A stretch of DNA of 39,525 bases, from contig JBAQWP010000095.1 in the NCBI GenBank assembly GCA_049298975.1, positions 1-39,525 of the forward strand, read 5' to 3'. Shown one piece after another: positions 27,083-35,398 of this stretch. This DNA comes from Minisyncoccia bacterium (GTDB lineage Bacteria; Patescibacteriota; Minisyncoccia; Phycocordibacterales; DATDWN01). A program made the translations under genes and the position numbers. How positions within the stretch are numbered: the first letter of the stretch is position 1; each line of letters begins with the position of its first letter. The notes beneath the pieces were generated by a model that had not been told where the DNA came from, did no database searches, and was given only the letters and a program-made list of their open reading frames with translations.

Positions 27083-28735
27083 CTACATCTTTTGTGGTAT
27101 CTTTATCCCTAAAAGATCCAGCCCCTCCTCCATCACCCCAACAAAAACTTTTGTTATATATAGTCTATATGAAGAAGTTGGGTCAGTTTCATCTATTATC
27201 TTGTGACTTGCATAAAAGCTGTTGAACTCCCCCGCTAGGTCAATAAGGTATGTTACTAAATGATGCGGAGCATATTCTCTTCCTGCACGCTCTACAACCG
27301 AAGAAAACCTTCCGAGAATTTTCTCTAAATTTGTTGTCTGCCAACCTTCTGGAATTTGATATTTGATATTTGATATTTGAGATTTACTTTTTTCTAATAC
27401 TGACCTCGCTCTAACTGTCGCGTATTGTAAATATGGACCAGAATCACCGTCGAAGGAAATCGATTTGTCGAAATCAAAGACAATATCTCCTCCGAGTGAC
27501 TGCTTCAGTATGGAAAATCTTATTGCTCCCAAGGCAACATCTTCTGAAATCTCCCCTATCTCTTTGTGATTGAGCTCCCTATCTCGAATTTTATCTTCAA
27601 CTTTTTCTTTTACTTGTTTGATTAAATCTTCTGCAGAAATAATCGTCCCTGTTCTCGACGACATTTTCCCAGATGGAAGTTTTAGAATTCCATGAGAGAG
27701 ATGGAAATGTTTACCTTTAAGATCTGGGAAAACTTCCCCAACTGCAACCTCAACAACCCTAAAGAATGAGTCTTGCTCATTCGCCGTGACAGTTATCGAT
27801 TTATCGTACGTATAATAATCTTTTTTTAGTTGAGCCAAACCAAGCTCTTTTGCTTCATATACTGGCAAACCATCCGAATTCAAAAATACTCGAGTATGAG
27901 TTTTTGGAACATAGTTTTCTCCTCTAAATATTATCGCTCCACCTTCGCCCTTTTCGAAAATTATGCCCATATTTTCTTCAACAAGTTGCTGACCCACTGG
28001 ACCACTCTGACTTTCATAAAACTGATAATCAAACTTACTACCAAGCCTTTTATATAGTTCCTCAAATTTACTAAAAGATTCCTCTCTTCCCTTCTCGTAT
28101 ATTTTAGAAATTTCTGGGTCACTTTCGTCGTATATCTTTTTGTTTATCTCAACTATCTCTTGCTTGGATTGATCATTGGTCTCATACGCATTATTACCAT
28201 ACGCATAGGCATCTTCAAGTGACTGACCGTTTTTCATAGCCCAGACTGCCTTTGCAATATGCATACCGACATCACCGTTATAAGAAACAACTTTTGCCTC
28301 TGCACCATTTGCTTTAATAATTCTAGAAACTGCCTCACCTATGTTGTTACTCATTAGGTGCCCAATGTGAAAAGCTTTAAACGGATTCGGTTGAGAATGT
28401 TCGAAAATAATTTTTTGACCAGAAAGCATTTTTCCATAAGTTCTCTTTTCAATTATTCCTGCAAAATATTCAGCTGAAATAAAAAAATTAATAAACCCTG
28501 GAGGTATGATTTCTATTTTGGATATGCCAAAAATTTCCCTCTCATCTAGTTTTTGTTTTATTTGGCATGCAAGGTCAATCGGTTTTTGGGAAAGCTCCTT
28601 AGCGGAAGACATGGCGGCATTGGTAGTATAGTCCCCCAACTCAATATATGTCGGGTAATCTAAAGTAAACTTAGGATCTTTAACTCCAAGTTCTATCAAA
28701 ACTTCCTTTATATTTTTTGATAATTCCTCTCTCAC
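27083..28735 (-). CDS. argS: Arginyl-tRNA synthetase
   Basis: 550 aa with HIGH-type FHIGHLMSN, the MSSRTG loop and an ArgRS anticodon-binding C-terminus. Confidence 0.95.
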   Translation of the reverse strand: MREELSKNIKEVLIELGVKDPKFTLDYPTYIELGDYTTNAAMSSAKELSQKPIDLACQIKQKLDEREIFGISKIEIIPPGFINFFISAEYFAGIIEKRTYGKMLSGQKIIFEHSQPNPFKAFHIGHLMSNNIGEAVSRIIKANGAEAKVVSYNGDVGMHIAKAVWAMKNGQSLEDAYAYGNNAYETNDQSKQEIVEINKKIYDESDPEISKIYEKGREESFSKFEELYKRLGSKFDYQFYESQSGPVGQQLVEENMGIIFEKGEGGAIIFRGENYVPKTHTRVFLNSDGLPVYEAKELGLAQLKKDYYTYDKSITVTANEQDSFFRVVEVAVGEVFPDLKGKHFHLSHGILKLPSGKMSSRTGTIISAEDLIKQVKEKVEDKIRDRELNHKEIGEISEDVALGAIRFSILKQSLGGDIVFDFDKSISFDGDSGPYLQYATVRARSVLEKSKSQISNIKYQIPEGWQTTNLEKILGRFSSVVERAGREYAPHHLVTYLIDLAGEFNSFYASHKIIDETDPTSSYRLYITKVFVGVMEEGLDLLGIKIPQKM

Positions 28736-28739
28736 TTTT

Positions 28740-29156
28740 TTAAATTATATTTTGAAATTCTTTCTTGAGTATTTCCTTCATTTCTTCAATATTGTGATAC
28801 TCACAAAACTTAACTCTTGGACAGCCCTTTATCATGGCAGAAATCTTTATGCCCTCAATCGGCATATATAAACATATTATAGGTTTTTTTAAGCTTTCAG
28901 CATACCCTATTTCATAACCAACCCCGAGGCTGGGAATCGACACATCCGCCAAAACAACATCGCATTCTCTAATTAAGGCAGTATCTCGGTTATATATTTC
29001 TTCTGTGGGTAGTTTACTACTTTCGTAATTTGTCAAAACTTCACCAACAAATTCTGTCAGAACCACTCCGTATTTTTTAAGCTCAGAAATAATTTCAGAA
29101 TAATTTTTTCTATGATCACCTCCTCCTCGTATTGAACCCGAAAAGTATATTTTCAT
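28740..29156 (-). CDS. DNPH1/Rcl-like 2'-deoxynucleoside 5'-phosphate N-hydrolase (nucleoside 2-deoxyribosyltransferase superfamily)
   Basis: MKIYFSGSIRGG..., VLTEFVG, PSLGVGYEIGYA and ISAMIKG match the DNPH1 signature blocks. ATG at 29156 lies 1 nt after the dut stop; the track ORF extends to 29183. Confidence 0.8.
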   Translation of the reverse strand: MKIYFSGSIRGGGDHRKNYSEIISELKKYGVVLTEFVGEVLTNYESSKLPTEEIYNRDTALIRECDVVLADVSIPSLGVGYEIGYAESLKKPIICLYMPIEGIKISAMIKGCPRVKFCEYHNIEEMKEILKKEFQNII

Positions 29157-29157
29157 A

Positions 29158-29580
29158 TTATTTACCTGTACTCCCAAAACCACCTTCTCCTCGTGTGGTG
29201 TCAGTTAATTCATCTGCCTCCACGACATCAACTCTTTCGACTTTCTGAATTAACATTTGAATAATCTTATGACCTTTTTCTATTGTATAGGGCACATCGC
29301 TAAGATTTATTAACCCAACTAAAGACTCACCTCTGTATCCTGAATCTATTACACCTCCAAGAGACTTAATCTTATTTTTCGTAGACATACCACTTCTATC
29401 CCACATAAGCCCAACGTAGCCATCTGGTATTTCCATTGCTATACCTGTTTTTACCTTCACACTCTCTCCTGGATTTATCACGATAGTTTCATTTGCGTAA
29501 ACATCCATGCCGGCGTCACCCATATGTGCATACGAAGGTATAATTGCATCTGGATCAAGTTTTTTAATTTTTATTTTCAT
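29158..29580 (-). CDS. dut: dUTP diphosphatase
   Basis: Trimeric dUTPase motifs (GDAGMDV, DRSGMS, GVIDSGYRGE, RGEGGFGSTG). Confidence 0.95.
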   Translation of the reverse strand: MKIKIKKLDPDAIIPSYAHMGDAGMDVYANETIVINPGESVKVKTGIAMEIPDGYVGLMWDRSGMSTKNKIKSLGGVIDSGYRGESLVGLINLSDVPYTIEKGHKIIQMLIQKVERVDVVEADELTDTTRGEGGFGSTGK

Positions 29581-29599
29581 CTCTTAGATTATACTATGT

Positions 29600-29740
29600 A
29601 AAAAATTTTGTTTCTGAAAGACTCCACAGGCCTTAATGCTTGGTTCCGTCAAGGCACCCCCTCTTGACGGATTAAGGCCGAGGACAAGAGAGGTTTTCGC
29701 TGGAAAAACCGAACGGTCTTGAAGAAACAAAATTTTAACA
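29600..29740 (-). ncRNA. Candidate structured cis-regulatory RNA between glyA and dut
   Basis: GC-rich island in an AT-rich spacer. It has a nested hairpin ggccttaat(29629..29637)/attaaggcc(29671..29679) around ccgtcaag(29646..29653)/cttgacgg(29663..29670). A mutually exclusive pairing joins 29659..29666 with caagagagg (29685..29693). A further hairpin lies at 29692..29710. Confidence 0.35.
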
Positions 29741-29742
29741 CA

Positions 29743-30942
29743 TCACACCTGTCTCAATATTTTATCAATCTTTTGTGCAATTTTTACAAAATCTTTTTCT
29801 TTTTTGCCGCGTGTAGTTTCTGCTGCAGAACCAAGTCTTATGCCAGATGGATCCATTGGCGAACGAGTCTCGCGTGGAATGGTATTTTTATTTACAATTA
29901 TTCCAGCTTTCTCTAGTTTATCACTTGCGTCTTTTCCAGAAATTCCCTTACCCTCCATCCATGTGTCTACTAAAACCAAATGTGAATCAGTCCCACCAGA
30001 AACAATTCTCCAACCCAGCTTTTTGAGTTCGTTAGCTAAGACCCCTGCATTTTTAATAACCTGCTTTGCATACTTTTTAAAGGCTGGTGCACTTGCTTCT
30101 TTGAGTGCAACTGCAACAGCTGCTATTTGGTTTAAGTGCGGACCGCCCTGAAGTCCCGGGAATACCGCCTTGTCTATTTTTTTATACAATTCTCTTTCGT
30201 CTATTCTAGAGAAGATCAGTGCCGATCGTGGGCCTCGAAGAGTTTTGTGAACTGTTGTTGTAACCACATCTGCATAATCAAAAGGCGAAGCGTATGCGCC
30301 CCCTGCAACGAGCCCAGCAAAGTGCGACATATCTACCATAAGTATTGCTTCCGAACTATTTGCAATTTCTCTAAACTTTTTAAAATCAACCTTTCTTGGA
30401 TAAGCGGTGAAACCAGCGACAATAACGTGAGGCTTTTCTTTTTCAGCAATTTTCTTTATCTCTTCGTAATCAATCATTTCAGTGTCCTTGCTCACTCCAT
30501 ATGCAACTTGGACCCACGCCTTGCCTGTCATAGAAACTTTGTGACCGTGTGTTAAATGTCCTCCATCGCTTAAATTCATCCCCATTATTTTTCCACCAAG
30601 CGGAACTAGTCCGAGATACACAGCCAAGTTTGCTGGTGAACCGGAAAGCGCCTGCACATTCACATGCCATTTTTTAGGTGACAACCCAAAAAGTTTCAGC
30701 GCTCTCTCCTTTGCTAAGTTTTCAATTTTATCGACAAAAAAATTACCACCATAGTAGCGCATGCCTGAATCCCCCTCTGCGTATTTATTCGTAAGTTCCG
30801 ATCCAAGAGCCTCCAATACATCTTTGGAAACATAGTTCTCTGACGCGATAAGGTTTATTACACTCTTCTGTCTTTTCCTCTCCCCATCTATTAATTTTTT
30901 TATTTCTTTGTCTTTCATTTCTTCGTAGAGCAATACTAGCAT
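29743..30942 (-). CDS. glyA: Serine hydroxymethyltransferase
   Basis: SHMT blocks (LIASENY, GGHLTHG, TTTVHKTLRGPR). The start may be the internal Met at 30918. Confidence 0.95.
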   Translation of the reverse strand: MLVLLYEEMKDKEIKKLIDGERKRQKSVINLIASENYVSKDVLEALGSELTNKYAEGDSGMRYYGGNFFVDKIENLAKERALKLFGLSPKKWHVNVQALSGSPANLAVYLGLVPLGGKIMGMNLSDGGHLTHGHKVSMTGKAWVQVAYGVSKDTEMIDYEEIKKIAEKEKPHVIVAGFTAYPRKVDFKKFREIANSSEAILMVDMSHFAGLVAGGAYASPFDYADVVTTTVHKTLRGPRSALIFSRIDERELYKKIDKAVFPGLQGGPHLNQIAAVAVALKEASAPAFKKYAKQVIKNAGVLANELKKLGWRIVSGGTDSHLVLVDTWMEGKGISGKDASDKLEKAGIIVNKNTIPRETRSPMDPSGIRLGSAAETTRGKKEKDFVKIAQKIDKILRQV

Positions 30943-30989
30943 TGACCACGATCTTTACAAAGTATAATATCATTGAAGAAGGGGTACTC

Positions 30990-31490
30990 ATGCCTAACAT
31001 CACACTTGTAGTGGCCATGGACAGAAACATGGCAATTGGGAAAGATCGTGATATCCCATGGCGAGGTCATCTCCGTAGGGACATGGAGCACTTTAAAGAA
31101 ACAACGCTAGGCAAAACTGTGCTGATAGGTCGTTTAACATACGAATCCATCCCAGAGAAATTCAGACCACTTCGTGGAAGGACCAACATCATATTTACAA
31201 GAAACAGAGAATACTCTGCGACGGGATGTGTGATTTCACACTCTGTTGAAGAAATCTGTCGTCTTTCAGAAACACAGGAGGTAATGGTTATTGGTGGTGG
31301 TCAGATCTATGAGCTTTTTTTACCGCATGCGCAAAGAATCATTGCAACACTTGTGGAAACAATAATTGATGGTGACACTTTCTTCCCTGATGTGTACCAC
31401 AATCAATGGGGAACGAATCCGTTATTCGTTCAACATGCAGACGAGAAAAATGTTTTTTCTTTCTCGGTTGTTGAATACGTCCGGGTATAG
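30990..31490 (+). CDS. folA: Dihydrofolate reductase
   Basis: NITLVVAMDRNMAIGKDRDIPW, LGKTVLIGRLTYESI and VIGGGQIYELFLP...DGDTFFPD parallel E. coli FolA. SD gaaggggtactcATG. The track ORF starts at 30942. Confidence 0.85.
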   Translation: MPNITLVVAMDRNMAIGKDRDIPWRGHLRRDMEHFKETTLGKTVLIGRLTYESIPEKFRPLRGRTNIIFTRNREYSATGCVISHSVEEICRLSETQEVMVIGGGQIYELFLPHAQRIIATLVETIIDGDTFFPDVYHNQWGTNPLFVQHADEKNVFSFSVVEYVRV

Positions 31491-31500
31491 ACCCGTCTCA

Positions 31501-31528
31501 AGCCGCACACAGGTGCGGCTTTATATTT
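31501..31528 (+). terminator. Intrinsic terminator after folA
   Basis: agccgcac-acag-gtgcggct hairpin followed by ttatattt. Confidence 0.65.
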
Positions 31529-31584
31529 GACTTAGTATAATACAGTGTTATTATCCCAAAAGAACTCTAACAAGTGGAGATTGA

Positions 31585-32493
31585 ATGAATCCAAAATACT
31601 TGGAATACGGAGAGCGTGTGCCGGATACGCAATACAAGGAATTGCTATCCAAAATTCTTGATGAGGGTGAAATAACCAAAAACCCATATCAAACCATGAG
31701 TCGTCGTGTTGTTCTTACATTGCCACCGATGATTTTCAGGCTTGAAAATGGCTTCCCAATAATCACAGAACGCAGAGTCGGTTTTTGGAGAAAGCCGATC
31801 GGCGAGCTGCTTGCCTTCATTCATGGCGTACGAGACGCAAACAATCTAGCGGATGTTTGGGGAGCTAATTGGTGGCGAGAACAATGGGCCACACCAGAAA
31901 AGTGTGCTGACTTCGGACTCGAAGCATATGACCTAGGACCAGGTTCATACGGTGGGGCGCTCGAATACGTTCTGCCTGGCGGTAGAGTTTTCAACCAATA
32001 CAAAGAATTGATGCTCCAACTTCGTGACAAACCAGACGTCGTCACTCACAAGGTTACAACCTGGTTACCACATCATGTGTTGAGCAACAAAATGAGGCAA
32101 AGAAAAGTAGTTGTGGCCCCATGTCACGGTGATGTCGAAATCACGATCATGAATAAGCGACTCACACTTCGAATGGATCAGCGTTCAGCCGATTTCCCGA
32201 TTGGTGTCCCGTCAAACATCATTCAGTATGCTGCGTTGACCATAATGATCGCACACGTCCTGGGGTACGAACCCTACATGTTCATTCACGCCACTCACAA
32301 TTCACAGATATACGAAGATCAAGTGGCAATGGTTCGTGAACTTGTCACCAGAAAAACTCACCCGTTCCCAAGCTTGTACCTCACAGAGGAAGGTCAAAAG
32401 GTTACTGACCTATTTGACTTCCGACCGAGCCATTTCGAACTCAGAGACTATACTTCTGAGCCAGCAATGAAGGAAATCCCTGTCACCACGTGA
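31585..32493 (+). CDS. thyA: Thymidylate synthase (ThyA-family), divergent
   Basis: Catalytic VAPCH, then DQRSADFPIGVPSNI (the R, S, D and uracil-specifying N are retained). The N-terminal DRTG and the SRR phosphate-binding segments are not recognisable by eye. SD ggagattgaATG. Confidence 0.8.
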   Translation: MNPKYLEYGERVPDTQYKELLSKILDEGEITKNPYQTMSRRVVLTLPPMIFRLENGFPIITERRVGFWRKPIGELLAFIHGVRDANNLADVWGANWWREQWATPEKCADFGLEAYDLGPGSYGGALEYVLPGGRVFNQYKELMLQLRDKPDVVTHKVTTWLPHHVLSNKMRQRKVVVAPCHGDVEITIMNKRLTLRMDQRSADFPIGVPSNIIQYAALTIMIAHVLGYEPYMFIHATHNSQIYEDQVAMVRELVTRKTHPFPSLYLTEEGQKVTDLFDFRPSHFELRDYTSEPAMKEIPVTT

Positions 32494-32503
32494 CAAACGA
32501 CGC

Positions 32504-32540
32504 ACAAGCCGTTCCGTTTTTTGGAGCGGCTTGTTTTTAT
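32504..32540 (+). terminator. Intrinsic terminator after thyA
   Basis: acaagccgttcc / ggagcggcttgt stem (12 bp, one G-U) followed by a T-run. Confidence 0.7.
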
Positions 32541-32580
32541 TTGATTTTGTAGTATAAAAGTATATAGAAAAGAGGCATGC

Positions 32581-33030
32581 ATGGCTGAAATTAGAATCGA
32601 TAATGCCCGTGATCCTGAGCAGATACGTAGAATGACTGCAGTCGCGGGCGAAAACGAGTGTTATTTTTGTACAGATTTCACGCTACATGGTTCTGCGCCA
32701 GCAGTTTGGGAATGTGATAATTGGTTTATCAAAATAAACGACTTCCCATATACGGGTTCAGTCCACCATTACCTAATTGTGAGTAAAAATCACATTACTA
32801 GTGTTGGACAAATGAATGCAGCAGCACAGCTTGAATTATGGGTGGCTGTTGCCTGGCTGGAAAATACCCTGGGAACTTCAGGAGCGTCGATATTTGTACG
32901 CACAGGAAATATGGCGTACAACGGAGCAACTTTAGACCATTTGCACTTTCATTTTCTTGTGGGTGTGGAAAAGAAAGAAGGTGAAACTGAATGGCTGACA
33001 GTGACGCTTGGATATAAACAACGTAAGTAA
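32581..33030 (+). CDS. HIT (histidine triad) family nucleotide hydrolase/transferase
   Basis: HLHFHFL histidine triad near the C-terminus and a CYFC motif near the N-terminus; 149 aa. Confidence 0.8.
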   Translation: MAEIRIDNARDPEQIRRMTAVAGENECYFCTDFTLHGSAPAVWECDNWFIKINDFPYTGSVHHYLIVSKNHITSVGQMNAAAQLELWVAVAWLENTLGTSGASIFVRTGNMAYNGATLDHLHFHFLVGVEKKEGETEWLTVTLGYKQRK

Positions 33031-33033
33031 AAA

Positions 33034-33070
33034 AGAACCCCCGACGTCGCTAAGCGACTACGGGGGTTTC
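33034..33070. terminator. Bidirectional hairpin between the convergent HIT and deaminase genes
   Basis: aacccccg / cgggggtt outer stem with gtcgc-taa-gcgac inner stem. It overlaps the last codons of the minus-strand gene. Confidence 0.55.
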
Positions 33071-33940
33071 GACTACTTGGATAATCTGCACATCTCTGGA
33101 GCGCAAGACATCCAATGCATTCAGGATTGAATAGCCTTGGGAAAAGAACACTTTCTTTATTCCTGCCTCAGCAATTTCTCGTGCACAGTCTTCGCATGGA
33201 AAGGTTGTGACAAACAAAGAAGCACCTTCCATAGCAATCCCTCTCCGTGCACACTGTGCAATCACAGCTCGTTCAGCATGGAGAGCTACATATTTCCCTG
33301 GTTGACCAGCATCAACATTCAGACGTGGATCGCCAAAAATATATGTTTCATATTCTGTGGGTAAATGAGTGTTGCAAGCAACAGCCAAACAATCGTCATC
33401 TTTCCATACTGCTGCTGCAATCTGCCTCCACCAGTCAGGACTTTTAGTAACCTCCAGATTTATAGCTCTCATACGAATTATGTCCGATAGAGAGCTTGTC
33501 ACTACAACATCAGGAATTACTGGCTGAGCCTTGTGAACAGCTGTCATATCCCATCGAGCCCAAATCATTTCAAACTCAATGGAATCACAGTTTGAGTGAA
33601 GGTATTTTTCAGCCACCAGATGTGAGATATCCTCGTCTGGTAGAACCCAACTTCTTGGAACCAGTGAATCAACAAATGTCCCCTGTCCAGAACCGATGAC
33701 TTTAGGATCCCAACTCTCAGGATCAAAAATGGAGACACTGCCATTACCTATTACTGAAACGAGCATTGATCGCATCATTTCAGTTGGAATGGCCACAAGA
33801 TTCCTTTTGAGTCGTGTTAACTCCTCCTCGGCCATGGCCTGTGAAATCAAGTGGAGGTGAATTGAACATGAATTGTGACGACTGAACCAGTCCAAGTGAC
33901 GCTGGTTAATGGTCGGGATGTAGGCAACTAGGTTCTTCAC
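33050..33940 (-). CDS. Two-domain protein: unknown N-terminal domain (about 165 aa) fused to a dCMP/cytidine deaminase zinc domain
   Basis: The C-terminal half has HAERAVI (HAE) and PCEDCAREI (PCxxC) zinc ligands. The N-terminal half is unassigned. Confidence 0.8.
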   Translation of the reverse strand: MKNLVAYIPTINQRHLDWFSRHNSCSIHLHLISQAMAEEELTRLKRNLVAIPTEMMRSMLVSVIGNGSVSIFDPESWDPKVIGSGQGTFVDSLVPRSWVLPDEDISHLVAEKYLHSNCDSIEFEMIWARWDMTAVHKAQPVIPDVVVTSSLSDIIRMRAINLEVTKSPDWWRQIAAAVWKDDDCLAVACNTHLPTEYETYIFGDPRLNVDAGQPGKYVALHAERAVIAQCARRGIAMEGASLFVTTFPCEDCAREIAEAGIKKVFFSQGYSILNALDVLRSRDVQIIQVVETPVVA

Positions 33941-34590
33941 TTTTCATCCTTCTCCTTGTGAATAAACGGGCGACCTGCTCGATGAAAGTATTCATCATAC
34001 TCTCGTTGCAGAACTCCCATGATATGTTCAGCAAAACCGACAGATCCGTCAATCAACAGATCACGAATACGACCTGTAGTTGAAACGGTATCCTTAGGTT
34101 GAAGAAGTTCCAGTCTACCACCCCATTCTGAGATCATTTTACGAATTTCTTCGTACTTTTGCTCGTCAATGTCTCTAGTTGAGTGAGACATTATGAGAAC
34201 GTTTGGTCTCACTAGTTTAATCACATAGTCAGGATCAGTCTCATGTTCAGCGAGATCTCGATGCGTCAATAAATCAACGCTACGAATCTGGGATAGAATT
34301 TCTATCCTCTCTTGAAACGGAACAACAGGACGACGTTCGTTATCGCTTCCCTTGCGACGTTTCGTGTATGCATCAGTATCAACTGCAACAAGCAGAAAAT
34401 CACCATGAGACTTCGCTTCCTCCAGATATCGGGTATGGCCAGTATGAAGCAGATCATAGACCCCTTGAGTCATCGAAATAGTGTGCCCTGTCGCCCTAAT
34501 GGCATTCAGAGCTTGGAGTAGTTCACCGTAATTAGAAGTGAATCGTTCATCGAGAGTTGCATTACCACTCATGATTCTCTTGACATTCAT
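33937..34590 (-). CDS. Cytidylyltransferase-superfamily nucleotidyltransferase (RfaE/HldE domain II-like) with C-terminal extension
   Basis: GVYDLLHTGHTRYLEEAKSHGDFLLVAVDTDAYTKRRKG...RPVVPFQERIEIL parallels heptose-1-P adenylyltransferase (GCFDILHAGH...VAVNSDAS..RLKG). The stop overlaps the deaminase start (ATGA). ATG at 34590 has an SD. Confidence 0.75.
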   Translation of the reverse strand: MNVKRIMSGNATLDERFTSNYGELLQALNAIRATGHTISMTQGVYDLLHTGHTRYLEEAKSHGDFLLVAVDTDAYTKRRKGSDNERRPVVPFQERIEILSQIRSVDLLTHRDLAEHETDPDYVIKLVRPNVLIMSHSTRDIDEQKYEEIRKMISEWGGRLELLQPKDTVSTTGRIRDLLIDGSVGFAEHIMGVLQREYDEYFHRAGRPFIHKEKDEK

Positions 34591-34700
34591 CTCAATACCC
34601 TTTCCTTGAATGTACTTCCTACATAAAAGTATCATCCAAAATAACAAAAAAAGATACTTTACATAAGTATCTTTTTTTGTTTTAAATTATTTTATCTTAT

Positions 34701-35123
34701 CTACTTCACATCCACGCCCATAGACCTTGCAGAACCCTCTATGATTTTCATCGCAGCGTTGATGTCGTTTGCATTTAGGTCAACCATTTTCTTTTCTGCG
34801 ATTTCCTTTACTTGAGCTTTAGTTAGAGTTCCTATCTTAGAAACTGCGTTCTTACCAGAACCCTTTTCCTTTCCAAGAGCCTTTAGAATAAGAGCTGATG
34901 CTGGAGGAGTTTTTAGTACAAAAGTGAATGTTCTGTCTTCGTATACTGAAATCTCAACAGGAACAATATCTCCCATCATCCGGCTAGTAGCATCGTTGAA
35001 TTGCTTTACGAATTCACCGATGTTTACTCCAGCCTGTCCTAGTGCAGGTCCAACTGGTGGAGCTGGGTTAGCCTTTCCTGCTGGAATGACTAGTTTTAGT
35101 TTTTTTGTTATTTTCTTTGCCAT
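34701..35123 (-). CDS. rplK: 50S ribosomal protein L11
   Basis: Canonical L11 sequence ([23 protein letters not shown]...). Confidence 0.97.
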   Translation of the reverse strand: MAKKITKKLKLVIPAGKANPAPPVGPALGQAGVNIGEFVKQFNDATSRMMGDIVPVEISVYEDRTFTFVLKTPPASALILKALGKEKGSGKNAVSKIGTLTKAQVKEIAEKKMVDLNANDINAAMKIIEGSARSMGVDVK

Positions 35124-35205
35124 CTGTTTTCTCTATGTTTAATTACTTTGAAGCCCAGATACTCTATAATAAATCACTACTTTTTGCAATGCCTGAAATT
35201 TCGGG

Positions 35206-35395
35206 AAACTTTCCTAATTTGAGACAAATTCGACGTGAGAAATTAAAAATGTGAGAAGCGTTAGTTAGTGCTAAGGTGACGAGCATTTTTAATTTGGGTG
35301 AGAAGTGATGTTATCACTTCGTAAAACCTTGAGCCTTTAGCGAAAGGTGTACAGTTTCTGTAAGAAACGAGAATTTGGCCAAATTTGGAAGTTTA
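35206..35395 (-). repeat. Palindromic 3'-UTR repeat element, long variant (copy D), just after the nusG stop
   Basis: It shares both termini with copies A and B (aaactttcctaatttgagacaaattcg ... gagaatttggccaaatttggaagttta). The interior is different and hairpin-rich (aaattaaaaatg/catttttaattt, gaagtgat/atcacttc). Confidence 0.65.
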
Positions 35396-35398
35396 GAA

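Noticed and set aside
27354-27381. Heptamer tandem repeat (atttgat x3 plus atttgag) that could be mistaken for a repeat array or contingency locus
   Set aside because: It lies inside essential argS, encoding ..SNIKYQI.. . It is too short and has no spacers, so it is not a CRISPR array. Unit slippage would be lethal, so it is probably a neutral AT-rich microsatellite.
29600-29740. Assignment of the glyA-dut structured region to the THF or ZTP riboswitch classes
   Set aside because: I could not find the conserved cores of those classes (for example the ZTP 3' CCGCCUGGGC-type segment). It is kept only as an unclassified candidate.
30942-34647. Prophage or integrative element call for the higher-GC island
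   Set aside because: No integrase, direct-repeat att sites, tRNA target or structural phage genes are seen. Only compositional and SD evidence exists, so it is reported as a possible horizontally acquired metabolic block, not a mobile element.
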